A stretch of 64,000 bases of DNA, from the NCBI RefSeq assembly GCF_006345805.1, contig NC_043012.1, positions 52,824,001 to 52,888,000 on the forward strand, given 5' to 3'. Both the position numbers and the translations under genes were made by a program. Within the stretch, counting starts at the first letter, position 1. Each line of letters starts with the position of its first letter. This document shows positions 29,698 to 42,464 of this stretch, piece after piece. Below the pieces are notes generated by a model, which saw only the letters and a program-made list of their open reading frames with translations, was not told the origin of the DNA and ran no database searches. Source of the stretch: Octopus sinensis (taxonomy: Eukaryota).

Positions 29698-30077
29698 TCT
29701 CTATCTCTCTCTATATATAAATGGCAAAATGTCTGTCTGTGTGTGGGCGTGTCCTTTACACAAATCCACAATTTTTCAATTAGAGGGCTCGCACTTTCTA
29801 TGGTCATTTAAAACTGTCCAAGGGTGGTCGTGCACATCTTTACATTTCCTCAGTCACCCTGCAAAGCCATTAAAAAATCAATAGAAGTGACTTTTTGGTG
29901 AATTTTCTATCCAAAACCCAATCAAAATGTCCAAAACTTGATACCCCAATAGAATGCCAGCTAGCTGTATGTGATTGGTCGGAGATATAGACAGTACTCA
30001 CGTATATGTGCACACACATGCAGCTGTATATGCATGCACTAGCACTATGACCTGGCATTGCCGGGTCATAGTGCTAG
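29698..30077 (+). mobile_element. Non-autonomous Helitron-like element
   Basis: Inserted A|TC...CTAG|T; 5' tctatatataaatggcaaaatgtctgtctgtgtg; 3' hairpin actagcactatgacctggcattgccgggtcatagtgctag. Confidence 0.65.
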
Positions 30078-30290
30078 TCTATAGTAAACCTACAGTAACA
30101 TTGGTACCACACATACACCCACAGTGTAAGCCCACTGAAATGCCAATGCTTGAATTTCTGTCCTTTCAAGACTAAGCATAACTTGCTGAAATATATTCCT
30201 CCACTCCAAACCTATCTAATGAGCATGCTTCTTTGCAGCACGATGAAGCTAATGATAGGCCAAATTCCACATACAAGTGCACACAATCAA

Positions 30291-30773
30291 CCCTTTAGCA
30301 TTTAAATTTAAATTAGCATATCAAACCTAAATATTCTATCCTTTCTGTGATAAAACCAGCCAGATCTGACCTCTCACACCTACTTTACAATGTCATTCTA
30401 AAAATAAACAATCACATCTTTGAAATCTCTAAGCTAATAGATAATGCATGATTAATTCAAAATAATTTTTCTTTCTTTTTTATTGCCCACAAGGGGCTAA
30501 ACATAGAGGGGACAAGCAAGGACATACAAAGGGATTACATCGACCCCAGTGCGTATCTGGTACTTAATTTATTGACCCCGAAAGGATGAAAGACAAAGTT
30601 GACCTCGGCAGAATTTGAACTCAGAACGCAGAGACAGACAAAATACCAATAAGCATTTCGCCCAGCATGCTAACGTTTCTGCCAGCTCGCCACCTTAAAT
30701 TCAAAGTAATTAATTCAAAATATTGCAAACCAATACACATCATATTAGACTGAGTAATCTGAATGCTTAAGGG
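30291..30773. mobile_element. piggyBac-type MITE (second family) containing a SINE B insertion at ~30476-30696
   Basis: tcaa|ccctttagcatt ... aatgcttaaggg|ttaa termini; body colinear with 34131-35138. Confidence 0.7.
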
Positions 30774-31183
30774 TTAAAACCGCTAAGTTAACGATTGAGT
30801 CATCAGTTATCAAAAACAACAAGTAGGCAATTTAGAAACAGCTTCTATCCTACCGCTGTACACAGCTAGAAGATATCACTATACTTCTCAATGCTTCTAA
30901 ATTACAATCGAATTATAAACAAACTCCCTTTCTTGCTTGCAAGATTAAAATAAATAATTTCGAAGGTTAAAAGTCAGGAAGCCACACTGGTGTCACTTTG
31001 GCATCATGACTACCCAGTATGTGGCAGAGGTGCAACACATGCCCCACAAGGGGCTCTTTGCTTTTTTAAGCAATGTATTAAGAGCTATAATTTACAACTT
31101 CATTTGCATTCAAGATACTTAGCACAAAGGACTTATTTCCATATTCCTCAATACTTCTAAATTACGATCTAAATATAAACATA

Positions 31184-31223
<40 letters not shown>

Positions 31224-31716
31224 TGTATTAAAGTTTAATACATTTTATTACTTAATTTTAGTGTTATTCTGTGTTATCTATTTATCTTTTGTATTAAACT
31301 TTTGAACTCAATCAAACCAAATTTCAATGGAGCAAAATTCTAGATAATAACAATAAATTTTATTCTACAACTTTTATTGGGTCACTATGCACACCCCGCC
31401 AACATAACTTTCTTTCCAAATATTTTGAAATTTCTTTAATGTGTAACTAACATCAACATGAAATTACTCTTATGATGTACCATAAAAACATAAGTAACAC
31501 ACAAACAAAAAAAGATGATGTTTAATTCTCATTTATTGATCATTAAATCATGTTTGCTGAGTGTATCCCTCATTTCTCAGTAGTTTTATACACACACACA
31601 TACACATGTTTATATATGTATACATATATGCTCTCCCATTCTGTTGGCCTCGTCCCAAAGTTTAAAATCATTAAAAGAAATTAAAAAAGAAATTACTCAT
31701 ATTATAAATGACATTA

Positions 31717-31734
<18 letters not shown>

Positions 31735-31762
<28 letters not shown>

Positions 31763-32500
31763 GGCAGCTAGCTGGCAGAATCATTACCATGCCGAGCGAA
31801 ATGCTTGGCAGTATTTTGCCGGTTGCTATCTTCTGAGTTCAAATTCCACCAAGGTCAACTTTGCCTTTCATCCTTCTGGGGTGGATAAACTAAGTATCAA
31901 TTGCGTACTGGGGTCGATCTAATCGACTGGCCCCTAACCCCAAAATTTCGGGCGTTGTGACCTTAGTAGACAGGATTATTATTATTATTATTAAGGTGGT
32001 GAGCTGACAGAATCGTTAGCACGCTGAATGAAATGCTTTGTCATGTTTTGCCTGTCACAATGTTCTGGTTTCAAATTCCACTGCGGTCAACTTTGACTAT
32101 CTTTTCGGGGTCAATAAATTAAGTACCAGTGGAACACTGGGGTCAATGTAATCGACTAATCTCCTCCAACCAAATTTCAGGCCTTATGCCTTCAGCAGAA
32201 AGAATAATAATAAAAATAATAATAATTATTATCATTATTATTATTATTATTATTGAGACGGCAAACTGGCAGAATCATTAGCACATCAGGGGAAATGCTT
32301 AGCAGTATTCCATCAGTCTTTACATTCTGAGTTCAAATTCTGCTGTGGTCAACTTTTCCTTTCAACCTTTTGGTGGTCGATGAAATAAGTACCAGTAAAA
32401 CACTGGGGTTGATGTAATTGACTAGTCTCCCTTCCCCCAAATTGCAGGCCCTATGTCTTTAGTAGAAAGGATGATTATTATTATTATTATTATTATTATT
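31735..32500 (+). mobile_element. Three head-to-tail SINE B (tail variant 2) copies separated by (ATT)n
   Basis: Copies at ~31759-31975, ~31991-32200, ~32254-32472, each with gctggcagaatc-type head and ggcctt.tgcct...agtaga tail. Confidence 0.85.
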
Positions 32501-32904
32501 GAGGTTGGAATGTCTTGATCCTGGGTCTCCTAAATCAGGGTCTTCCTGAAGCTAAATGACAACCATACCCACTGACACCAGCACCACCTCTTCTGCTGCT
32601 GCTGCTACTACTGCTACTGTTATAATTCTTATCTCTCTGTATGTATGTCCAAACTAACTATCAATACGTCTATCTAACTACACAAGTTTGGATACACTCA
32701 TTGGAGATTTCATTAAGAATTGGTAGAGAAAAAGACAGACAGACAGGCAGGCAGCGAGAGACAAGATGAACTTGCAATTCTGGGGAGAATAGCAAGTGGC
32801 CATTCCTGGAAGCAAGTAAACACTCATAAACCAGATGTCAACCAATCAGGCAGTAGTTTTATCATCCCCCACCAACATCTTCCACATACAAACACACACA
32901 CACA

Positions 32905-32957
<53 letters not shown>

Positions 32958-33261
32958 GAGCATAGTGTTATTTACATTGTCCTTTATTTGTCTCTACTAT
33001 GGTTAAAATATTAGAGAAGTTTTGGCAATCCCTAGCTTTCTCACTTTTTCTGAATCTGTCAACCCTCCATCAAGACTATAAAAGTCCCCATTATTAATAT
33101 TACAAATTATTATTATTATTATTATCATCATCATTATTATTATCATCATCCTCATCATCATCATCATCATCATTATCATCATCATCATAGCCCTCCATTT
33201 CAGTGGGGCCTAAAGTGTTCTACTGCTGCCAGACATAGAAAACTTTGACAGCAGCAGCAGC

Positions 33262-33292
<31 letters not shown>

Positions 33293-34130
33293 ATCTGTGT
33301 GTGCATGGGTGTGTCTGGGGAGGGGTGAGCAGTCTTCATGCCAAAGCAGAACAAAGTCAATGAAGTCTAACAACATGACAGGGACGGTGGGCGTTGGTGG
33401 GGGAGGTGATGCTAGAGGAATGCAACTTTGATCATCACACTTCTCTCTATTGACTGATTAATGATAAGTGGAAGAGATCAGGGCAAATATTTGCCCTTGG
33501 TGACAAATTACAATGCTAAGCCCACCACAATAACCACCACATAGGGGTTCACTCCTCCCACCAACCCAACTTCCACCCAAACAACACACACAATCTTTAT
33601 TTATTTCTTATTTTTCATCTAAATGTTTGCTTTGACAACATCACTCAAATATTTTTTCTTCCCCTGTTTCAGTTCTTACCAACACTTAAGACATCACCCA
33701 CCAACCCATCCTCAGACTCACTCAACCACCAGAACCACAGTCAAGCTGTTTAATTAAGATAGGCTATCAGATCTTCACCTTTGCTCTTCACCACACATAA
33801 TCCCATTAACAGTACCCCCCACCCTATGCTATTTACCTCCTGCTTCCTGCTCCTGGAACAAACCACTTCCCCCTAGACTCCTGAACTTTCTCCAATTACT
33901 GTACTTGGTACGATAACTCGTTATGAATAATAAATACAAGGATGTGAGTTAAAGTGAATACAATAATTACTTATAAATACACAACATAACTAACTAGTTA
34001 GAAGCAGAGTGTATAAATAACATAGTTCCAAAGCGCTAATTACCTAAGCAAAGATATATACATCAATGGATTAACATACAAATTAGTTAAAATTCGTAAG
34101 GCACTAACAAATCAACTATTTAATACTTAA

Positions 34131-35138
34131 CCCTTTGGTATTTAAACCAGCTGTATCCAGACCAAATATTCTATCTGTTTTATGTTTAAAGTGTCAAAAT
34201 TTGGCCCCTTACACCGACCCTACAATGTCATACTAAAAATATACAATTATATCATTGCAATACCAAAGTTACAAGATAATGCATGATTAATTCAAAACAA
34301 GTCTTTACTTGTTTCAGTCATTTGACTGTGGCCATGCTGGAGCACTGCCTTAAAGGGTTTTTTAGTCAAAGAAATCACCCCCAGGACTTATTCTTTCTAA
34401 GCCTAGTACTTATTCTATCGGTCTCTTTTGCTGAACCACTAAGTTACAGGGATGTAAACACACTAACATAGGTTATCAAGCAATGGTGGAGGACAAACAC
34501 AGACTACTTTCAGGTTCTTATTTCTTTACTGCCCACAAAGGGCTACATAAAGAGGGGACAAACAAAGACAGACAAACGGATTAAGTTGTTTACATCGACC
34601 CCAGTGTGTAACTGGTACTTATTTAATCGACCCCAGAAGGATGAAAGGTAAAGTCGACCTTGGTGGAATTTGAACTCAAAAACGTAGCGGCAGACAAAAT
34701 ACCTATTTCTTTACTACCCACAAGGGGCTAAAAACAGAGAGGACAAACAAGGACAGACATATGGATTAAGTCGATTATATCGACCCCAGTGCGTTATCGG
34801 TACATATCTAATTGACCCCGAAAGGATGAAAGGCAAAGTCGACCTTGGTGGAATTTGAACTCAGAATGTAGCGGCAGACGAAATACTGCTAAGCATTTCG
34901 CCTGGCGTACTAACGTTTCTGCCAGCTCGCCGCCTTTCAGTTTCTGCTTACCAAATCCACTCACAAGGCTTTGATCAGCCCAAGGCTATAGTAGAAGACA
35001 CTAGCCCAAGGTGCAATGAGATGGGACTTGACCCAAGACCATGTGGTTGGGAAGCAGGTTTCTTACTACAAAGCCATGCCTGTGCTAATGCAAATTTATC
35101 AGTATTAAATTTGACAGAGTAATCTCAATGCTAAAGTG
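34131..35138. mobile_element. Nested stack: piggyBac-type MITE > SINE A (minus, 34302-35085) > two SINE B copies (34518-34703, 34704-34936)
   Basis: ttaa|ccctttggtattt ... aatgctaaagtg|ttaa; the A tail and head are split by the B dimer. Confidence 0.75.
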
Positions 35139-35519
35139 TTAAATTGATTTTAGTTTATACCAAGGGTTCTGAACACTTATCTTGTTTGCAAACAGACCCC
35201 TTTAAATTCATATTTTATGTGACAGGACCTCTATAACTTTTTGACATTTAAAAAATTCCTATTAAATTTTTATAATTAAATATTATTAGGAATTGTATGA
35301 AAATAATTATTAAAATATTTTGTTTAAGCAATTTATTGCAGATAAATCTCAGCAACAAATTCAGAAGGACCCTAGTTTAGAACCACTAGTTTATACTATA
35401 GCTTATTCAAGTTATAGCAGGGAGTTTATATAGCTAAACTGTCCTTATGAAAAAGCTACTTATAGTGAGACTCTGCTACATATAATCAAATATAAACCTA
35501 TTTGTTGCTAGGTTATATT

Positions 35520-35640
35520 TGTTAATTAGTTATAGTTAGACTACTATATATTTACTAGTTATAGTTTGACTACAATATGTGTTAACTAGTTATAGTTAAC
35601 TAGTTATAATGTTAACAAGTTATAGTTAGACTACTCTATG
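35520..35640. repeat. Short tandem array of tagttatagtta(a/g)ac units
   Basis: About five degenerate copies visible. Confidence 0.7.
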
Positions 35641-35746
35641 TTTATAGTACTTACAGATACACTACTAATTGGATGTAAATTCATAAACTATTTTGTTTTT
35701 GTATTTGGTCTGCAAGATTCTTTATGTGAATTCATGTGTTGAAGAA

Positions 35747-36014
35747 TATTTTATTGTTTCTAGGGAGAGTCATTCTCTTTTAGTGCTTATTACTTAACAC
35801 ACTCACTGGTTCAATTTCCACTCATTTACTTTTTTTTTCTTAATATTATCAGAGCTGCTCTGATAATGGGTAGAGTCAATAATTATTGAAGGGGTTGCAA
35901 GACAACAAAAATTTTCGAAAAAATAAACAAGTAAACAAGTGGAAATCAAACTAGTGAGTGTGTTAAGTAATAAGGCACAAAAAGAGAACGACTCTCCCCA
36001 GAAACAACAACATA
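35747..36014. repeat. Fold-back (arms ~35747-35838 and ~35918-36014)
   Basis: attgtttctagggagagtcattctctttt..cttattacttaacacactcactgg versus ctagtgagtgtgttaagtaataaggcacaaaaagagaacgactctccccagaaacaac. Confidence 0.85.
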
Positions 36015-36030
36015 TAAACTAAATATTGTT

Positions 36031-36497
36031 AAATACAAATATTAATGTATATGCTTAGTGTATTTTCTGGTGGCCGCAATGGCATGGTGGAGTATATAAC
36101 TCTCAAGTCACCAGTGTTAAAAACGCAAAGCAGATACATTAATATATGTGTTTAATAATATTCATTACACAAGAGCTGCCTTCATTTCATACCTAAATTT
36201 TCTCTTAGGTATGCAATTTTCAGGCATACCAGTTCATGATTTTACAAGCCATGAGCATGTGCCGTTGGACAGGCTAGAAGACTTGCCTTCAACCTAGGTG
36301 GGTGCATGATGTTGACAAGCCACAAAAATGGTGAAATATCGATATCCATCACTCCCAAATGGGATTGAGGGTAAGTATCTTGTCTGTCCATGACTCTAAG
36401 GTGTTTTTAACATCGGCAACTTGATAGTTATATACTCCACCACGCCACAGCAGCCATCAGAAAATACACAAAGCATAAACATTGGTATATGTATTTG
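36031..36497. mobile_element. MITE-like element with ~95-bp TIRs; partial relative at ~58400-58610
   Basis: gtgtattttctggtggccgcaatggcatggtggagtatataactctcaag versus cttgatagttatatactccaccacgccacagcagccatcagaaaatacac; 58400-58560 matches the reverse complement of 36300-36470. Confidence 0.7.
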
Positions 36498-36534
36498 ATG
36501 ATAATACAGTTCTATATTTAAGAGATGAGGAATT

Positions 36535-36973
36535 ATGTACATTATTTACATTATTTACATTTGACAGATATTTGTCCTCATCTTGTTTGTTGTTAACATA
36601 TAACGTTTCGGCTGATACACCTTCCAGCCTTCTTCAGGTGTCTTGGGGAAATTTCGAACCTGGGTTCTCAATCCTAAGGTACTTTTCGATGTTATTATTA
36701 TTATTATTACTGTTCAGGTCACTGCTTGGAATCGAACTCAGAATCTTGGGGTTAGCAGCCTGTGCTCTTAACCACTATGCCATAAGCCCCCCCCCCCCGG
36801 GCTTATGGCATAGTGATAATAATAACATTGAAAAATACCATAGGAATGAGAACCCAGGTTCAAAATTTCCCCAAGACACCTGATGAAGGCTGGAGGGTGT
36901 ATCAGCTGAAACGTCAAGTTAACAACAAACAAAATGAGGACAAATATCCGTCAAATGTAAATAATGTAAATAA
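36535..36973. mobile_element. Head-to-head inverted dimer of a tRNA-headed element with Penelope-type tail
   Basis: Left copy (minus) has A-box tggcatagtgg (36772-36782) and B-box gttcgattcc (36728-36737), (TAA)n, then a tail with ctgaagaaggctg..cagccgaaacg; right copy (plus, from 36799) lacks most of the head. Confidence 0.75.
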
Positions 36974-37305
36974 CGTGTATTTAATGGTATTTGTTAAATT
37001 GGAGATGCTTTTACTTCATATGTAAATCATATAAACTACTAATAGACAGCTCACTGAGTATGTAGTAGCAAAATTTAGATTGCGCAATGTTGTATAACTG
37101 ACTATAAACCAGTTAGAATTACTCGACTCAGTGTGTGTAAATGGTAAACGATAGCAGTAGTTAGACAGCACAATGTGCATAGTCTGGTATAAAATAGTAA
37201 TAAATACACAATATATTATCCAATGATAAATTTTAGAAATAGACTAAGCAACTATAGGCACAAGTAACATTCTATATAATAGTGAATTAGCTATAACAGT
37301 GATAC

Positions 37306-37908
37306 TAAGCAGGCTAGCAGTGTGATAAGAAACTTGTGTCTCAACCACAAGGTTGCGAGTTTAATGTCACTGTGTGGCATATTGGGCAGGTGTCTTCTAC
37401 TATGACCTCAGGCTAACCAAAGCCTTACTCTTTTACTCTTTTACTTGTTCCAGTCATTTGACCGTGGCCATGCTGGTGCACCGCCTTTGGTCAAGCAAAT
37501 CGACCCCAGGACTTATTCTTTGTAAGCCTAGTACTTATTCTATCGGTTTCTTTTGCTGAACCACTAAGTTACGGGGTCATAAACACACCAGCATTGGTTG
37601 TCAAGCGATGTTGGGGAGAAAAACATAGACACACAAACATATACAGACACATACATATACATATATATATTATATATATATTATATATATAATACATATA
37701 TATATACGAAGGACTTCTTTCAGTTTCCATCAATCAAATCCACTCACAAGGCTTTGGTTGGCACGAGGCTATAATAGAAGACACTTGCCCAAGGTGTCAT
37801 GCAGTGGGACTGAAGCTGGAACCATGTGGTTGGTAAGCAAGTTACTTACCACACGGCCACTCCTATGCTTTGTGAATGAATTTGGCAGATGGAAACTGAA
37901 AGAAGCTT
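37306..37908 (-). mobile_element. Full-length minus-strand SINE A (37427-37868) inserted into a plus-strand SINE A fragment
   Basis: The plus copy breaks at aaagcctt and resumes as tgtgaatgaatttggcagatggaaactgaaagaagc. Confidence 0.8.
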
Positions 37909-38033
37909 GATGATGGGTTAGCTGGTCAAAACATTGAAGTCACTATCAATGCCATTCTTGTGTGAGAATAATAATTTGTACTCTACAAAAGTATAGAGTA
38001 ACCCATCAGATTAATGTAAAATTATTTTATTTA

Positions 38034-38133
38034 NNNNNNNNNNNNNNNNNNNNNNNNNNNNNNNNNNNNNNNNNNNNNNNNNNNNNNNNNNNNNNNNNNN
38101 NNNNNNNNNNNNNNNNNNNNNNNNNNNNNNNNN
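38034..38133. other. Assembly gap (100 N)
   Basis: Run of N. Confidence 1.
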
Positions 38134-38435
38134 GGTAGTCAGGATTTGGATAAAAACCATTTATTTGGCACTTTTGTCCCTTCCAGGGATTCCTTACGAA
38201 TGATTTATTTCATAGAAAATTCATACCTTTTATATATATATATTGGTTGAAAAAATATTTGAGTTGAAATTGTTTTCTCGGGTTTTAGAAAGAGGGTGTC
38301 TTGGGAGTAGTTGTTTGAAATGATCTTTGACAAAGATAAATATATACACCAGTGAAAAGTATTGAGTGGTTCTTCAATTTAATGGTCAATTGACCTTATA
38401 TATAACTTTATTTAAAACTAACATTAATTATATAT

Positions 38436-38483
<48 letters not shown>

Positions 38484-38935
38484 TATACACCAACATACAC
38501 TATATATTATACTATATATATAGATATAGATCAGATACGCAGATAAATATCAGGTGTGGCTGGGTGTAGGTATGCTTGAGCGTTAAGTTTGCTTCCCAAT
38601 TATATGGTTCATGGTTCAGTCCTACTGAATGGCATCTTGGGCATGTGTCATCCACTAATCCCCAGGTCAATCAAAAGCCTTTTCAATGGATTTGATAGAT
38701 GAAAAGTGGAAGCACTCCATTGCATATATGTGTGTGTGTGTGTGTGTATACAACTATGTGTGTTGTTGTGTTTGTCTACCACTTGACCACCAGTCCTGTT
38801 TCCATCAAAGTAGCTAAGCAGTTGTGGTGTCCTGTACTTACGTATATTTATTTATATATGCATGTATATATACATGTAGATGTAGGTACGTACATATATG
38901 TTTGTATGTATGCATATATTTTTATTTATTACATT

Positions 38936-38968
<33 letters not shown>

Positions 38969-40827
38969 GAAGCTATACAAACAGTTTTCAGTACATGCAG
39001 TAGAGTTAATTCATTTGTTGAAAACCCCTGAGTTTCCCCTATTTGTTTCCATATATCTTGATCGAAATCAAATGTGAATCTAAAACAGAAAAGATTGGAA
39101 AGTATGGCTTCAACTTCAGCTGAAAGAATTCTCTGCTGCAATGTCAGAATCTAGGACATTGCTTAGCAACAAGGGAGGTTTTATTGATGAGTATTATTGA
39201 TACTTGATAGTTAATACGTAGGTAATTATGTAATTAATCACAACTCTTTCACTCGGTATACTAAACTGCATAATTAGCACCAGCAGCTTAAGGAATCCAA
39301 TAGCATTAATCAACAGTATAGAGAGCTGTTGCAAGTTACTATGCACTTACTGTGCAGTTATTGAAGTTGTCGCCAGGAATATCTGGTCAATGTAGTGGAC
39401 TAGATAGGAGAAAAAGAAAGCAAAACAAAAAAAGGAGAAAAAAAGCCCTTGATGTACTGGGTCAAATCCTGCCCAACCCCCACCACTATAGTGATGAGAG
39501 TGGAGTTGGCATGGGGATGGGGGTTGATCAGTCATTTGTTCAAAAGAATTGACATGTGGCATATAGAAACTGAAATCAACTGTTAAGCTGAAATATAAAT
39601 TAAAAAATGTATATATAATCCCATTTGTAGGTTTCACTTGACACACAACAGGTTGCAGCAAAACAGAAATGCACAAAAATAATTAAATTATGGTGTAATA
39701 ATCTGCAATACATCACTATATTTAAGCAGTTTTCTTGCTGTTGTTATTGTCACTGTTTTGGTTTTTTTTTCTTTTTTTCTTAAATAATTTTCCTTGATAG
39801 AAATATAGAATATCTATAGATATTAAATGTTGTCAGGATGATCTTGTAAATAAACCAGCTGTAAATTATTTATGAGGAATCTGTTATGTGGTTGGCCTCG
39901 TGCATACAAGATTGCTGCACACTTTTTGCTTACCTTATATTCCGCTTACATTTTTATTTTTTTGTTCTTCATTTTTTGAATTCTTTTTTTCTAACAATTT
40001 TTTTTTTTCCAAATGAAAAATATGGATTTTGGTAACTAAATTAACAATTATTGGATAATCCTTAAGTTTTATGCTGAAAAAAAAAAAAAAAAAAAAAACT
40101 AAGCATATATAAAGTTTCTTTATATATGCTTTTTAAACTATATTTTTAGGCAAAAATTTGAGAATTACCAAACAATTACTAATTCAGTTACAAAAGGCAT
40201 ATTTTTTTATAAGAAAAAAAAAGCATATATCTCAATCATTCTGGTGGATAAGAAGTTTCTGTCAGTTTCATAGAAGTTTGGCTACACACCAGATAATGCT
40301 TCAATAATTTATAGCTGTTTTGCACAAAATTCACCTCATCTCAATATTATTTCTCAGCTTTTGACAGCTTTTAGAAAACTCAAATTAAACAGAAGCCGAT
40401 TACAACACAATAATATAAAATAAATAATAACCATATAACAGACAATCAATAATATACACACATAGAAGCAAAGGCACTATATAAATAACGGACAACAAAT
40501 TGAGAGGTCTTGAGTTCAAATAAATTGTATGTATCTCATTGCATTTTTGTGGAAGACATTAATTCAGTTGATAGCTAAAAATAATATACCAGGTTGTTGA
40601 ATGTGATATACAGGAGGCAGTTAGTCCATCAAGGTATTCCTGGTAGACTGAACAGAGGAAACCGCAAAACCTGTGGCCAGGACAACATGTAGCAATGTTG
40701 CTGTTAGAGACATAACTTTCGTCAAGGTATTCCTGGCAGACGGAATAGAGGAAACCCAACAATTTGTGGCCATGTTGTAACAGATGGAAGGGCAACATGT
40801 AGCAATGTTGTTTATCATCATTATCAT

Positions 40828-41340
40828 CATCGTTTAATGTCTGCTTTCCATGCTAGCATGGGTTGGACGATTTGACTGAGGATTGGCGAACCAGATGGCT
40901 GCACCAGGCTTCAATCTGATCTGGCAATATTTCTACAGTTGGATGCCCTTCCTAACGCCAACCACTCCAAGAGTGTAGTGGGTGCTTTTACGTGCCACTG
41001 GCACGTAATATCTTCTACCAAGCATCGTCATCATTCAACGTCCGCTTCCCATGCTAGCAGGGTTGGACGATTTGACTGAGGTCTGGCGAACCAGACTCCA
41101 ATCTTGATCTGGCAGAGTTTCTCCAGCTGGATGCCCTTCCTAACGCCAACCACTCAGAGAGTGCAGTGGGTGCTTTTACGTGCCACCGGCATGAGGGCCA
41201 GTTTGGTGGTATTGGCAACGGCCTCATTCAAATGGTGTTTTTTATGTGTCATCTGCACAAGAGCCAGTCCAGTGGCACTTGTAACAACCTCACTCGAATG
41301 TTTTTTTTACGTGCCACCACCACGGAAACCAGTCGGCTGC
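40828..41340 (-). mobile_element. Two adjacent family C copies
   Basis: Two catcgtttaatgtc/attcaacgtcc...gctagcatgggttggacg...gatgcccttcctaacgccaaccac blocks. Confidence 0.85.
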
Positions 41341-41802
41341 TCTGGCAATGGTTGTTGTTGGATGCAAAACTCAAATCATGGTGAGATATGTATATTGCTC
41401 TGGTCATCCCACTGCTTCTTCAATACACCTCCTCCACTTAAGTTATCTTAACCCACCTTGCCATGGGTCCAGAAAGACAGGGACAAAAAGCTCTCCCTCA
41501 CTATAATCCAAGTCCAGGGTAAGTCAAGACTTGAACTCTTTCAAATCACAAACAGATAGCAGACATTTTATTGAAGAAGTAGGAGCATCACCTACATTTG
41601 TGGCACCAAAACTTAAATTTTTGTGACAATTTCTTCATTTAGAGCATACAGTTGTGATATAGGTAAGAGCAGTCACAAATCTCCAGCCATCCACACATCT
41701 ATCCCTTCCATTATTGACAACCCTTTAAGAAGTACCACCAATGCCTAAAAGGGTAGTTTTTTAGTCATCATTGAATAGGAAAGACACTGAAGATTCCATA
41801 AC

Positions 41803-42010
41803 TTTTTTACTCTTTTACTTGTTTCAGTCATTTGACTGTGGCCATGCTGGAGCACCACCTTTAGTCGAGCAAATCGACCCCAGGACTCATTCTTTGTAAG
41901 CCTAGTGCTAATTCTATCAGTCTCTTTTGCCAAACCAATTAGTTATGGGGACATAAACATACCAGCATCGGTTGTCAAGTGATGTTGGGGGGACAAACAC
42001 AGACACACAA

Positions 42011-42043
<33 letters not shown>

Positions 42044-42223
42044 CATATATACATATATACGACGGGCTCCTTTCAGTTTCCGTCTACCAAATCCACTCAC
42101 AAGGCTTTGGTCGGCCTGAGGCTATAGTAGAAGACACTTGCCCAAGGTGTCACACAGTGGGACAGAACCCGGAACCATGTGGATGGTAAGCAAGCTACTT
42201 ACCACACAGTCACTCCTGCGCCT
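41803..42223 (-). mobile_element. SINE family A, full length
   Basis: All family A segments present. Confidence 0.9.
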
Positions 42224-42464
42224 AGTAATCTTCACCCACCTTTAGGTATTCAGAGATACAACACACCCACACACTTAACTACTATCAATGTATGTACCCT
42301 CAACTAGATGATATTCTGGGTATTCTAAATATTCAGTACAATGCAGATCTTTCAGTTCCATTTTTTTTTACTGTTTTTAAGACGAATTATGAGTTTTAAA
42401 GGCATAAGATCCTCTCGATCCATTTTTATCTAATTGACTTCATTATGATATTCAACTATCTGAG

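Noticed and set aside
35160-35388. Possible hAT-type MITE (caagggttctgaac...gtttagaaccact)
   Set aside because: Termini are too degenerate and there is no clear 8-bp TSD.
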